A stretch of DNA of 63,932 bases, filler included, from Aduncisulcus paluster (GCA_024181965.1; 21 parts of 21 records of this genome joined end to end with filler, not necessarily neighbours in it); one strand, 5' to 3'; counted from the first letter of the whole stretch, positions 48,841 through 61,679 are shown. Notes: generated by a model not told the origin, from the sequence alone. Numbers and translations: made by a program.

Positions 48841-50196
48841 TATGGATATACAATAGGGGTCTAATAACTAAAAGATATCAATGAATGTATCCAATGAAAG
48901 ACAGATTGGATGACACAGTTCGATGTCCTTGATTATGGTTATTGTATTTAATGCACACATATGGTCCACTTGAAATGTAGATGGCATTTAGCTATACTTC
49001 TCTTCGGGTATTTAGCTATACTTCTCTTCACGGGTTCTCTTTAAGTTCTCAAGCCTGGTTCACACTGAGGGTCAGTGACTGAGGGTCACACTCACAGAAG
49101 GTGCAGATGGGGCATCTCAGGAAGTAGAACAAGACATCCTGGAACAACCTCTAAGACATTATGGAACGATGGGGATGTCATGTTTGACCCAGTCAGAGAG
49201 AGCCAAGGAGGAGCACAGGTGGAAGGAAGGGACGTGTAATGAAGGATATAAACCAAGGGTCGTTCACGTTATTCATGTTGGTGACCAATGTTATATATAA
49301 ATATATATATATATTCGTGATAGTAACGAAGAAGAAGAAGAGTCTTGAGGAGAAAGAAGAGAGTGTAGGACAGACCAAGAGGCAATCGCACCAATGGTTA
49401 TTCTGAGAGAGAGAGACAAAGATGGCTTGATCGCCACTGTTCTTGTGATGCAGCGGTGTCCATGCAGCAACGAGAGCACTGTCTGTCACTGATCAGTTTC
49501 CAGTGGAACTGTTCTATTATATTAGAAAATGCCATGAATATATTGCACATCACAGATCCCACACAGTTGATGAGTTTCCATCAATATAGTACTAAAATTA
49601 AAGTTGATATATTGCCGTTTTCTTCTCCTCCACATAAACAACCCTTTTTTTGTCAGAAATCATGAAGAAACTCGGATATTGCACCGCCGAAGCAATAACT
49701 TGTACATCTTACAGAGAATAACGCATAAAAAGATAAAATGCATGTTTTTATCTGCATCGTTACCTGTGCAGAAACATTACACCACTTAAAAAAGAAATTG
49801 AAACACGACACACAAATAGACCTCTATGGCTTCGATAGTCTTGCACGTCGTGCCCGAGTGAAATGTATTAGTGAACTCGAAGATTTAATGGAACAAGTAT
49901 CAAGAGAAGAAGTCCGTGAAATGCTTCAAGACGAGGAGGAAGAGAAGAAAAGAAAGCGAAGAGAACAAACTCATCAAATTGTTGATGAACTGGAGGAGGA
50001 AGATGAACTGGAGAAAGAACCAGAAAGCTCCCGATCACCTCAAATAGGAGAACGACTCCCAACAAGAGTAACTCGATGTGAAGCTCCAATTGTGGANNNN
50101 NNNNNNNNNNNNNNNNNNNNNNNNNNNNNNNNNNNNNNNNTTAATTAATTAANNNNNNNNNNNNNNNNNNNNNNNNNNNNNNNNNNNNNNNNNNNN

Positions 50197-51256
50197 GAGC
50201 AACACGACTAGGCAGAGAGAAGGACCATGCGGGAGGGTCTGGACCAAGGGCAGGATCAACAGTCTTCCGCTGGGCATTCAGAACACCATGCTCGAGGATG
50301 AAGTCTGCCATGTCCTCATAATCAACGCCATTAACTCCTGGAGTGTCGTCGACAGGAATGGTATCGAGGAATTGCTGGATATGTTCATCATCACGAAACA
50401 CACCATGGAAGATATCCTTCTTGTTACGGGCTGTGATGGGAACAACATCACGGTAACGAGTCTTAAGGGTGGATGGCCCACCTTTCATGATCCTTGCACG
50501 TTCCTTTTCATCGTCATCACCAGAAGACCCTGAACTGTCCTCGGCATCATGATTGTGTGATCTACCAACTCTATTGGATCCATGTGACCCATTGTTTGTA
50601 TCATCCATCCCATGCATAACGTCATGTGCATTGTCTTCAGGGGACACAAATGAATGTGCATGGCCCGTACGATGTGAGCGAGAGTGATGTCTGGAGAGAG
50701 AATGGGGAGAGATGGAGGTGGATGCAAGCTTTGTGCGAATGGAAGAACTCTTGCCATCAGAGGATGGTGTGGCTTGATGCATGATCGAGGACACCACCGA
50801 TGCATAAAGAGCACGCTCCTCTTCCTTGATATCATTCTCAGATGGGGAAGAATACCTTCGTTTACCTTGGCAATAATCAGACGAGGAAATAACATGGCGG
50901 TCTTGCTCTTTTGAATATCTCGAGCATGTGGAACGGGGACGTCCCTTCTGCTTCTTGAATAAGCGTTTCGCTTGTTCCAATTCAAAAAGTTTGGCTTGAG
51001 AGAGTTGGGATATAAGATAGGAATAATCATTGCCAACAGAAGGACGCAATTGGTCAACGGACATAATATCCTTTGCATCTGGAATGCTGAGTGAGGAGGA
51101 ATGCTTTGCATGCGAGAGGGAGTCAGAAAGGATAGAATGAAGATATGAAATGGAATCAGAACGGACTTGAGGGTTCGACATTGAAGGAGCAAATGAACGT
51201 TCACATGGGAAATACGGAGTTGCCGTTTTCATGAGAGAATGTTCTTGGAACGGCAT
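50197..51256 (-). CDS. Ser/His-rich hypothetical protein, 3'-truncated
   Basis: About 350-codon ORF running into the linker; its 5' end is duplicated across the gap at 51374. Confidence 0.75.
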
Positions 51257-51959
51257 AGCAAAACGTGATTAGAAAATATCAAGGGAAATGTTTCGAAGGG
51301 ACTGGATTCAATGGAAGATTCGGGGAAATATTGTAACTCGGAGAAGAATATTATTCAAGAATGTCTCGAAAAANNNNNNNNNNNNNNNNNNNNAACGGAC
51401 TTGAGGGTTCGACATTGAAGGAGCAAATGAACGTTCACATGGGAAATACGGAGTTGCCGTTTTCATGAGAGAATGTTCTTGGAACGGCATAGCAAAACGT
51501 GATTAGAAAATATCAAGGGAAATGTTTCGAAGGGACTGGATTCAATGGAAGATTCGGGGAAATATTGTAACTCGGAGAAGAATATTATTCAAGAATGTCT
51601 CGAAAAAATGCTCCCAATAATCACAATTGCAAACAAAAGTGAGCATCAGCCATATCTGTCCATCTTAGAGGTCATGGTCGAAACAGGAATATGGAATCTT
51701 TGTACATTGCAAGATTTGACCAAAGAATAGATTTTTCACAGCCCTTCACACCAAGTATCATGACCATTCACACAAAACATTTCTATACGGTGTGATAAGA
51801 ACAGCATGATGTTTTGATGGGGGTCAAAGGAATATATGATAACATGTTTCGCAGGGGATAACCATATTAACATTCTCAATTCTTATGATACACCGAGATA
51901 GAAAGAAAACATATTTCTGCTCCCGATTTGAACACAATACAAACTTTTGAATCTCATTT

Positions 51960-53101
51960 TTGATTATTATCCGTAGTTTTGTTGATATATCAAAGATGTT
52001 TTCACAATTTTTACCAGTAATGCATTCTGCCGAACAACCTGTCATTTCGAATATCGACATGAAGGTACTTGAACGGTTTCTTTCTGCAAAAACGCTGAAA
52101 GACGCACTTGTAACCCTTGATTCTTTTGGCGAAGCTTCCATTGAGTTCTCTTTTCTCCGATGCTTAGCTTTTGATCGTTTCCCCGATGAGATTGATGCAG
52201 CCCATCTGGAACAGAAGGATAATGCGCTAGCCCATCTTCGTTCACAAAATTCCAAGCTTGCTGATCAGATGGAACGTCGTCGCTTGTTGTGTGAGGTCGT
52301 GTCCTCTTCTGGCGAGCTCGATGTTTCGAAATGGACGCGGTTCCTCTCACTCTGTAAGTTTTCCCCTTTACACTCAAAGATCAGCACGACTATATCAAAA
52401 CCATCCGATGAACAAGCAGGGACCGAGGAGACGGATCAAGCTATTGCTGAAGCTCCCTCTATCATGACATACAACACACTCATTCCTGATATCCTTGCCG
52501 CAGAGATGACTCCCTCAGAAGCATCGAACTCTGCACGCTCAATTGCCGCCCTCGAACTCGCTGTGTCCAAGGCTTTGCAGCATGAAGATATCAGCCAACG
52601 CCAACAAGTTCTCCGCCAGATCTCTTCATACAAAGTGAAGGGTGCCATGGAACTTGCCGTGAGTGTGTGGCAATCTCAATGGGGCATGGATGAACAACCA
52701 TCGTTTTATGGCCAAGCACAAGATTTCCTCGGACAGTTGAGGTTCTTCCATACCATGCCCACGTCTGTTCTTGAAGAGTATGCGTGCTTCCATCCTCCGA
52801 TCAAGAAGACATTATCATATTACCGCCACATCTTCTCTGAGTTGATTTCTACAAATGAGATCGATGGTCCCAATACTTCCTCTTCTGACATTCTCTCCCT
52901 ATATTCTGACTGTTTCGATGCTTTGTCCACACGCTGGGAGCAATGTCCTGCCGTTGTAAAGCATGAAGTTATGTCCATGTATCTTTTGGCCATGCGTGAT
53001 GAATATCTTCGACTTCTCTGTGTACCTCGCTCAGAACAGGAAGAAGAAGTAGACAAAGAAGGGGAAGAAAGAAAAGAAAGAGAAGATATTATCACTACGT
53101 T
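51960..53101 (+). CDS. Hypothetical helical protein, 3'-truncated
   Basis: About 380 open codons; start uncertain. Confidence 0.75.
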
Positions 53102-53201
53102 NNNNNNNNNNNNNNNNNNNNNNNNNNNNNNNNNNNNNNNNNNNNTTAATTAATTAANNNNNNNNNNNNNNNNNNNNNNNNNNNNNNNNNNNNNNNNNNN
53201 N

Positions 53202-54728
53202 CCATCATCATAATCAACTCCATCAAGACAGATGGAATTGTAACTGATGTCAAGAGTGGCCAAGTCACCATTCAGATGATATAAAGGAGAGATGTCAACA
53301 AGGGAATTGTGTGCAACATTCAACTCATCGAGAGCAAGATGCACAATGGATAAGAGATCGGAATCTACAAGACCCAGGGATGCAAGGCCTAAGGATGAAA
53401 TGGAAGAGAAACTCTCAAGAATGGATGGATCAAACAATGAAGTTGTTTCTGCAACATCATCATACAATGACACACCATTCATTATCAGCTCCGTCAACGA
53501 AACATTGGTAGAGTCGGCAGCAACAAGAAGAGCACTAACATCAATAATGGATGTTTCGGCGAGATTGAGATAGCTCAAGGAGGTGTATGTATCAGCACAC
53601 TCGGAAGTGTCGGGAAGAGCAGACACAGAAGTGACAGAAGAGAGGGTCAGAGTGGAGAGTGAGTGAAGGGAGCAGATGAACGACAGATCAGAAAAGCCTT
53701 CAATGGCATTCCCACCAGCATCCACAGGAGCACCGTACATGTTATGGGCAAGGGAAAGGGACTCAAGACCATGCAGAGAACCCAATGAATCAGCACTCAC
53801 AAAGTTGTGATATGGCAACGAAATGGATGTAAGAGAGCGGATATGTTCAATTCCATCAAGCAAGGTGAATCTATCAGAGTTGGAGAGAGGAAAGCCATCA
53901 TTTGACAGAGTGGAAGTGGAAATGATCCGCAACGAAGCCACACTGAAAAGAGAAGGATCATCTTCTGTTTTTCCTATTCGATGAGTATAATCGGGTTGTC
54001 CATCAGAATCCACAAACATATCAGCAACATATGCATGTAAGTTGTCATCAACTATCACTTGCTGACACTCTCCTGTTGTGAAAGTATCATCACCAATCAC
54101 TTCATCACCAAGATATCTACACTCATATCCATACTCACAGCCTCCAGAACAGTTCGTGGTGGATGAATCTGGTTGGATACATGTAAAGTCCTCAGCAGAT
54201 GTGTATGACGTGAATGAATCACTGGCACATACAACATACCATGTGTTAGATACCCCAGGTAGAGTCTCAGCACAGACCTTGTTGTTAGCAAATGGAGTCG
54301 ATCCCAAGTCATCAGAGGAACATATGCAGTCTTGATCATTGGCATTCACATCTGCAACAGAAAGAGATAGCTTTTCTGCAAGAATAATCTCAATCGCAGA
54401 ATCACCATTATCACCACCACAGATATGATTATATGACAAGTCAAGGCTGTTCCAAGAACCACTGCTGGACAAAGCATACAATGGGGAAGGATCAGAGATA
54501 TTATTGTTGTTCAGAGATAGTTCAGTCAGATTGGGCATGCTGGCAACAAGATGGAACAACAGAGAGATTGAAGTGTTGTTGGCACTGAAAGAAGTGAGAG
54601 ATGATGGCGATGGGAAAAGACCAGACTCAGTGATATCGTATAATGGATTGTCATTCAAGGAGAGTGTTGTAAGATTTGTGAATGATGTGAAATCTGTGTC
54701 TGGACTAACATTACATCCATCAGCATAG
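53202..54728 (-). CDS. LRR/Cys-rich putative surface protein fragment (same family as 43055-47391)
   Basis: LSLNNNNISDPSPL, SYNHIC..CIC, VCAET..W.VVCASDS, CSGGCEYGYECR and FSVASL motifs shared with the other copies. Confidence 0.9.
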
Positions 54729-55020
54729 NNNNNNNNNNNNNNNNNNNNNNNNNNNNNNNNNNNNNNNNNNNNTTAATTAATTAANNNNNNNNNNNNNNNN
54801 NNNNNNNNNNNNNNNNNNNNNNNNNNNNGATATTTCCCTCAGGATTCTTATGCTTTTAAATGGTCTCAGAAAATAAAAAATGTCTTCTATAATTAATTAT
54901 TTTTTAATTTTATAATTTAATTCTGTTTCAAATTGATTATTCTTCCTTGTATTCACGACAACAGATTTTGACTTTTTTGGCTTTGGTTGAACTAGATTTT
55001 TTCGGTTAGTTTGTTGAAGT

Positions 55021-55222
55021 ACATTTCAAATCAAGGAAATAAAATTGGATAAACAAATATATACCGCGGTTTTAAGGAGTAGAATATGGTAAGGAAGATT
55101 TTGACTTTGTTTTCAGATGAAGGAGTCTCGTTTGTAGAAGGACATTTCAATTCAAGGAAATAAAATTGGAAAAACGAATATATGCCGTGGTTTTAAGGAG
55201 TAGAATATGGTTAGGAAGATTT
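55021..55222. repeat. Imperfect direct repeat, about 80-bp core, period about 121 bp
   Basis: ACATTTCAA.TCAAGGAAATAAAATTGGA...GGTTTTAAGGAGTAGAATATGGT.AGGAAGATTT at 55021 and 55142. Confidence 0.9.
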
Positions 55223-56557
55223 CTGATGGATCTGTTCCAATACATCCACATTATACTGCTGCGGGGAACACAACATACTTTTTTTGTTCATTTACATATA
55301 AAATATAAACCATTTGTTCTTCGATAAAGACCATATTAAGATCTGTTAATGACGATTAAATTCACCAACAGTAGAGATACTTATCCATGTCTCGTCAGCA
55401 ATCCACTTCTTAAAATCGATTTGATCATCGTTACAATAACCCAGATAATGGGGCATTTAGATCCCCAAACAACCATGTTTTGAAGATTCGAATTTCGAAT
55501 CGGATTCAATTTTCTACAGAGACAAAGTCTTTAAGAGAATGATAAAATCGGCAACTAATCACGTTTATACAAATCATAATAAATGGATATATGGACATCA
55601 TGTTGACAACCTCGGGAGTAATGGAAGTTGTAGCGACTATCGGAAGTTCTGGAAGGTTATATACTAATATCGAGAAATCTCTTCTTGGAAAACACAACCA
55701 AGGCAATCATTTTACATAGTTATGGTTAGTAGCATAAAACATTCGGACATGGGAGGTCGGGAATGGGTCCAAAATGAAATGAAATGGATCGACCATTTTT
55801 ATTTTTCCGATTTTGTCTCCTTTCGTTCTTTCCTGGACACACAAAGACCGTTTATTTTATTGTATGTCAATTATATCCCGACCATTTGACCGATCCTCTG
55901 TCGTATTCACCATTGAGAACATCAAAACGACCGAGTCATTGGCAATATGGGTCGCCGCGACGTTTCTTGTATTATCATATCTTTGAACATTATCTTACCA
56001 TATATTTTCCACCATTTCTTTCCCCATTTTTGTCCCCATCAACCTTATTTATTTTGGTTGTTTTGGTCGATTCATCGATTCATCAATTTCGTCTGTTTCT
56101 TTATTGTTTGTCGTGTTTTTCATGTTTTCTGTGTGATCTTTTTTTTTAAAAATAATTTGTAGATTAGTTACAACTTCGAAGTAGACATTGAATGTAGACA
56201 GAGGTTTTATTAATTATAATCTCTGATTTTACGTTTCTTCTCATACTCTATCTGTGTATCTGTCCTTTCGCCGGATTATCTTTGATAAAGACATATAAAT
56301 ATTTCATACTACTTGTAAGATAGTATAGGATCTAAGTCGAAAATGATCTCTCAGAGGAGAGTCGCCTTTTCAAATCTTTAAAGTATCGGCATAAATGTAA
56401 TTGCAGACTTAAATTGTTATAATTATGAAGTAATGGTGTTTTTCTTCCTATGATCGGTGGTCTCAGACAAGGTCTTAATTATCTCGTCTTGTATTAGAAA
56501 CTGAATGAATAGCAAGAATCTATTTTTAGAACCAAGAATCTAATTTTAGAGCTATAT

Positions 56558-59500
56558 TCAAACGATAGAGCAAGCCTTGGATTGTGTTGGATCTGACACA
56601 GAGAAACCACACAAGCCTTGCATCTGAACAACTTCTCCAACAGCTCTGGGTTGTTCAGGTATTGCAATAAAATCGTCATCTCTTTCTTCTGATCCTTCTC
56701 CTTCTTCCGTGGTAGAAAAATGTGATTGTTCATCGGCAAAAGCACCATCTTCATGAATTGCAGTTGATTCAATATCAGTGGTCATTTCACCCCCATCGAG
56801 ATCATTACTCATGCCGGCATGAATTCGTACCAACAAATCCTCCAATTCTTTAGTTTCTTCTTCTCTTCCCATCTCAATCATTTTCTCACGTTCCTCAAGA
56901 ATACTGGCCCTTCGATAAACATCTCTCATTCTTCGATCGTCTTGATGACGTTCTTTGGCCGATTCTTCATTGAGTATCCTCTCACGTAACATGTGCTCTT
57001 TCCGTCTTGAGTGAATACTTTCCCAATGGATAGTTGCACTGCACACAACAGGTAAATGATCGCTGATAAGAAGTTGTTTGGATGCAATAGAACGATATGT
57101 ATTGAAGATAATTGATGGAGGGGATGGAGGAGGGAGAGATTGTAACAACGCTGACATAGATGTCGTGTTGGAGGAAGAGGAAGAGGAAGAGGAAGAGGAA
57201 GAGGAGGAAGCACGATGTTCAACATGATGTGAACTGACGGCTTTGATTTGTGAATCAGAATCCTTCTTGGATTGTGATAACAGTCTTTGATGATCTGGAA
57301 CAGTGATTCCATCACCAAGAGCTTCTCTTTCCATCTCGATAACCTTTGTTTCCTTTTTCATCGTATCCCTCTTCTCTCTCTCTCTTCTTCTCTGCTCTTC
57401 TCGTTCAATTTCAACACTCCACTCCCACTCTGCATCAACATCCATCAATCCAGCACGGACATACACACTGCTTGGTGGGTAAGAATCCATCTCCACGGGG
57501 AAGGCATTGCTTGCACGGCGGGAAGGAAGAGAAGAGGAAGGAAGAGAAGAGGAAGAGTAAGAGGAAGAGGAAGAGGAAGGCCCACCAATGGAATTGTTGA
57601 AACCATTGTCGCTGATTCCAGCACCACTCACCATCCATAGGACTCGATCTGTCCATGATGGGACTCTATTCTTAACGCTGTCGAGTGTCATTGAACCTTT
57701 ATCGTATTTATAAGAGGGTAAGAATGTCACAGGTGCCTCCAAGAAAGAGGAGAGAAGAGAAGCAAGGGAAAGGAGAGATAGTTGGTTCTTGAACGAGAGA
57801 GTGGACAAAGTTCCTTTTGAAAGAGCTTGAGTGCCCAAAGAAGACGGGGAGAGTGAAGAAATTGATGGTAAAACAGATCTCGATGAAGAAGCTGACGATC
57901 TTTCCTCATCAATTGAGGACAAAAGAGGACGTTTTTCATCAGCATTTGCCGTAATACTTGGAAGCTTACCGACCTTCTTTTTGAGATCATATTTCTCCTT
58001 CTTAGCTTTAGCCTTCAATTGTTTCTGTAATTTAGCACGATTTTTCTCATTTTCGACATCAACTTGCATCTTCCACATTGCCATATCACGAACAGTCTCC
58101 ATCATTCCATGCATTGTTCCCATGGAAGGTCCTCGATGAGAAGAACCATGGCCAACAAATGGAACCAGCAGGGATCGAACCCGCGTGCTATGATTCGCTG
58201 CTTGAGCAAATATTGAAGGCGAGAGTCCGAGCATTGAAGACAACACAGGAATAGGAATGGAAGAAAGGAATGGAGATGTTGAAATCAGTGCCATGGGAGA
58301 AATAGATGTCGTAGATTCAATAAGAGAGTGAATAAGGAAAGGGGGAAAAGAAAGAGGATGCATTAACAGAGGGGAAGGAGGAAGTAACACTCGAACATCC
58401 GATGAACATTTGGCCAGATCTGGTGAACTGTCATGATGATGAATTAAAGAGTCGGATGCAGAAGGATTAGGAGTATTCTTTGAAGCAGTAGACGTGGATG
58501 TGGATGTGGACGATGTCATCATAACCCCAAGGGAAGTACTGGGTTGATCTTGAGATGAGGCAAGAGAAGATAACATACTTGAAGTCGATGCTGTCGATAT
58601 AACTGATGTTGCTGTGGTATGAGGTGATTGTTTATGTTTGAGATAATGGAGGTGCCTTGATGCATTGATCCAACGCTGAACCTGTTTTCTCCTCTCAATT
58701 AAAATATATTTCTCCATTGCACGGTCACCTCCATACCTTTCTTTACAGAATGCCACCAAGAGACCCAACACATGAGCAATCAGACAGCTTGAAAAGCTCA
58801 GAGTGTGGAGTAGCTGGTCGTGTGCCAAAAGGGCATTGAGACTCGGTGAAGGGTCAGGAAATGAAGGAGAGAGATGGAAAGAAGAGCAAGTTAAAGAAGA
58901 AGCATTGTGATTAGGGAGAGGATGGAGCATAGAATCACTCACACGTCCTTTCATACTCCTCTTATCTCGTGCAGAGAGTGATGCAGGATCTTTGGCAAGA
59001 GTTGCACTTGGAGAAACATCTGACTCAGATTCATGATCATGCCTGTGATGGCTGTGATCATATTTATGATGATACTCTTCTTGTGGTATTTTGTGATCAT
59101 ATTTAGTCGATAATATCGCTCCACTTTCTCCACTTTTTTCTTTATATTTCTTCCTTTGTATTCTTTGTTTCCATTCTCTAATCTTTTTCCTTGATTGTTC
59201 AGCCATTTCGACATCATAGCCCTTTATAAGAGCTTCCACAGTGGTCCTATCACTAACTAGACGATAGTTAAGGTCTCCAATTAAAACAAAAAGACTTAGA
59301 GAAGCAATGGAAGGAAGAGGAATTAGACTCGGTTGCGGTGGATCGTTCATCCCAGACAATAAGGTCTTTTGATGGTGGGATATGTGAGGAGTATGGGCAA
59401 GAATATGAGGAGTCGTCAAGGGTGCAAGACTATTCCTACGTGCTGACATCCTGGCACTGTGTGGATGTTTGATCATGGCAGCATTGGTGGTACCGATGGA

Positions 59501-59845
59501 CTCAATGCCACCTTTGGAAGTACCAGTGCCAGGTGTAGTAATAGTCGATGAAGGTGAAGTTGGACACGAAGCACCTCCACGAGTCTTCTCACCACCACTA
59601 GATAATTCGGTTGAAGAGGAAGAGGAAGAGGAGATGATGGGTAAAGTGGGAACCTTTGGGTGACTTGGAGAAGGAAAAGCTTTATCAAATCCATCCATAC
59701 GATCAGTGGCTTCATCATCTTCTTCTGTATCCCCCAACAAAGGTTGTTTTGTCTTGGAAACATCAGAAGCACCATCAATCTCTTCGACGAAAGGTTTAGA
59801 GCCATCTTTGGAGGTTATACTGATCAGAGCATCTGAATCTGATAT
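56558..59845 (-). CDS. Inositol polyphosphate 5-phosphatase with long low-complexity insertions, 5'-truncated
   Basis: IGDLNYRL, LLAHDQL, F.EAPVTFLPSYKYD, RVPSWTDRVLW, YRS and ISDHLPV motifs in canonical order. Confidence 0.93.
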   Translation of the reverse strand: MSDSDALISITSKDGSKPFVEEIDGASDVSKTKQPLLGDTEEDDEATDRMDGFDKAFPSPSHPKVPTLPIISSSSSSSTELSSGGEKTRGGASCPTSPSSTITTPGTGTSKGGIESIGTTNAAMIKHPHSARMSARRNSLAPLTTPHILAHTPHISHHQKTLLSGMNDPPQPSLIPLPSIASLSLFVLIGDLNYRLVSDRTTVEALIKGYDVEMAEQSRKKIREWKQRIQRKKYKEKSGESGAILSTKYDHKIPQEEYHHKYDHSHHRHDHESESDVSPSATLAKDPASLSARDKRSMKGRVSDSMLHPLPNHNASSLTCSSFHLSPSFPDPSPSLNALLAHDQLLHTLSFSSCLIAHVLGLLVAFCKERYGGDRAMEKYILIERRKQVQRWINASRHLHYLKHKQSPHTTATSVISTASTSSMLSSLASSQDQPSTSLGVMMTSSTSTSTSTASKNTPNPSASDSLIHHHDSSPDLAKCSSDVRVLLPPSPLLMHPLSFPPFLIHSLIESTTSISPMALISTSPFLSSIPIPVLSSMLGLSPSIFAQAANHSTRVRSLLVPFVGHGSSHRGPSMGTMHGMMETVRDMAMWKMQVDVENEKNRAKLQKQLKAKAKKEKYDLKKKVGKLPSITANADEKRPLLSSIDEERSSASSSRSVLPSISSLSPSSLGTQALSKGTLSTLSFKNQLSLLSLASLLSSFLEAPVTFLPSYKYDKGSMTLDSVKNRVPSWTDRVLWMVSGAGISDNGFNNSIGGPSSSSSSYSSSSLPSSSLPSRRASNAFPVEMDSYPPSSVYVRAGLMDVDAEWEWSVEIEREEQRRREREKRDTMKKETKVIEMEREALGDGITVPDHQRLLSQSKKDSDSQIKAVSSHHVEHRASSSSSSSSSSSSSNTTSMSALLQSLPPPSPPSIIFNTYRSIASKQLLISDHLPVVCSATIHWESIHSRRKEHMLRERILNEESAKERHQDDRRMRDVYRRASILEEREKMIEMGREEETKELEDLLVRIHAGMSNDLDGGEMTTDIESTAIHEDGAFADEQSHFSTTEEGEGSEERDDDFIAIPEQPRAVGEVVQMQGLCGFSVSDPTQSKACSIV

Positions 59846-59945
59846 NNNNNNNNNNNNNNNNNNNNNNNNNNNNNNNNNNNNNNNNNNNNTTAATTAATTA
59901 ANNNNNNNNNNNNNNNNNNNNNNNNNNNNNNNNNNNNNNNNNNNN

Positions 59946-61409
59946 CACCAAGCTTGATGTCAGTTCCAGTAATTCAGCGTTGTACCCCATGGAGATTGAT
60001 GACATATCCTTGCTCTCCGACATGCATCGATTGTCCGAATTCTCAATCTTTGGTAACTCTCAGATCTATGACATTTCTGTCAGTTTCAGATCTCTCTCGA
60101 TGAACTATCTGCAGATTTCTGGATCTTCATCGTTCCTACCTCTTTGCCGGTCAGAGTCGGACACTGACTATTGGACGTTTATTACATCTGTATTCCCGCT
60201 CCATGATGCTGACACGACCAATATGAACACTTATTACCTTCCGAATAGCTGTCCTCTAAACAGTGGTTACTATTACTGTGATCCCAATACTAACTCGTCA
60301 TGTCCTTCAATTGTTCTGAACGAAGTGTACAACAGCACTGCTGAGACACCAGCTAAAGAATGTGCATTCATTGCGAAGGAAGGTTCTGATGGTGAGTGTT
60401 ATACCATCCATGATGATTCAATCAGAAATTATCTCCAGTACTACTGTTTGGATTACACCAATATTGAATCAAATGGTATTATTAGTCTTGCAACTCTAAG
60501 AAATAAGTTAACATGTTCATCCTTCTATTTGTATGATATTACCTCTTCAGTCGATTCCATTACAACTCTCAAAGGTCTTGAATACTGCTCTTCTTTATTG
60601 ACATTAAACATTGATGGGTATGACTTGAGTGGTGATACCAATTCCAACTCCGAGTACGATAGGCTGGTTATCCAGATCCTGGCGAAGGCCGTGACATATT
60701 CGAATTCGTATGACTCCGTTTATTCCGGTCTCACGACTTTGTCTGCGAGTGGATGTAACTTGAGTGCTGTGAGTGATGTGCTCGACCTGACCCTGATTGC
60801 CGATGGAGACTCTGCCACACAACCCTTCAAGCTGACATCCCTTGATCTCTCCAATAACTCCATCTCGGACGTGTCAGTTCTCATCACCTCTGGTCTATTC
60901 CCCGCGGATACTTTGACCTTCCTTGATATCAGTGGCAACTCCATTTGTGACATTGATGCAGCTGTGACGACGTTGCAATCGTACTTCACGAACACTGTTG
61001 CCATTGTTTCGTCTGGCCAATCCACGTGCCCATGTTCCGACTCTGGCTCTACTGTGCTGTTTTCTTCCCACAAGACGTGTCGCCAACGCTCTGATGGCGA
61101 GTATCAAGTTGAGTGCTGGGATGGGTATTACTTGGATTTGAACACGAATGAATGTATTCCAGCTTGTGATACAAATTATCTGTTTGATAGTAACTCTTGT
61201 GTCCCATCCACTGTTGCTGTGAATAATGATATTGTTCGGTGCCAAGTTTGTGAAAGGAAACCCGATTATCAAGCTGTTGTTACCGCAGAAGGTGAAGTTG
61301 TCTGCAGCACTTCTTGTTCATCAGGATATTTTGGAAACAATTGCGATGAGTTATGTCCTGTTGCTTATGACTCCAACACTCTTTGCAATGGGGTCTATGG
61401 TTCTTGTGA
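59946..61409 (+). CDS. LRR/Cys-rich/EGF-like putative surface protein fragment (same family)
   Basis: LDLSNNSISDVSVLI...FP.D.L..LDISGNSICDI..CPC..CWDGYYLD; EGF-like CSSGYFGNNC..C. Confidence 0.9.
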
Positions 61410-61679
61410 NNNNNNNNNNNNNNNNNNNNNNNNNNNNNNNNNNNNNNNNNNNNTTAATTAATTAANNNNNNNNNNNNNNNNNNNNNNNNNNNNNNNNNNN
61501 NNNNNNNNNTTTATTAATTCTTCATCTCTTTAGAATACCTCCCGAAACGAATATCTTGTGGAAGCTAAAATATCTGAGCATAATTTTATTTTAAATTTTG
61601 ATGTTGACAAAACTTCAATCTCCGTTTTAGTTGAAAATGAATCTCAACTTCACGCATAAAATTTAAGCGGAGGATAAAA

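Noticed and set aside
47500..55222. CRISPR-like arrays at 47.5-47.8 kb and 55.0-55.2 kb
   Set aside because: Too few copies, units too long and degenerate, no unique spacers of constant length, no cas genes.
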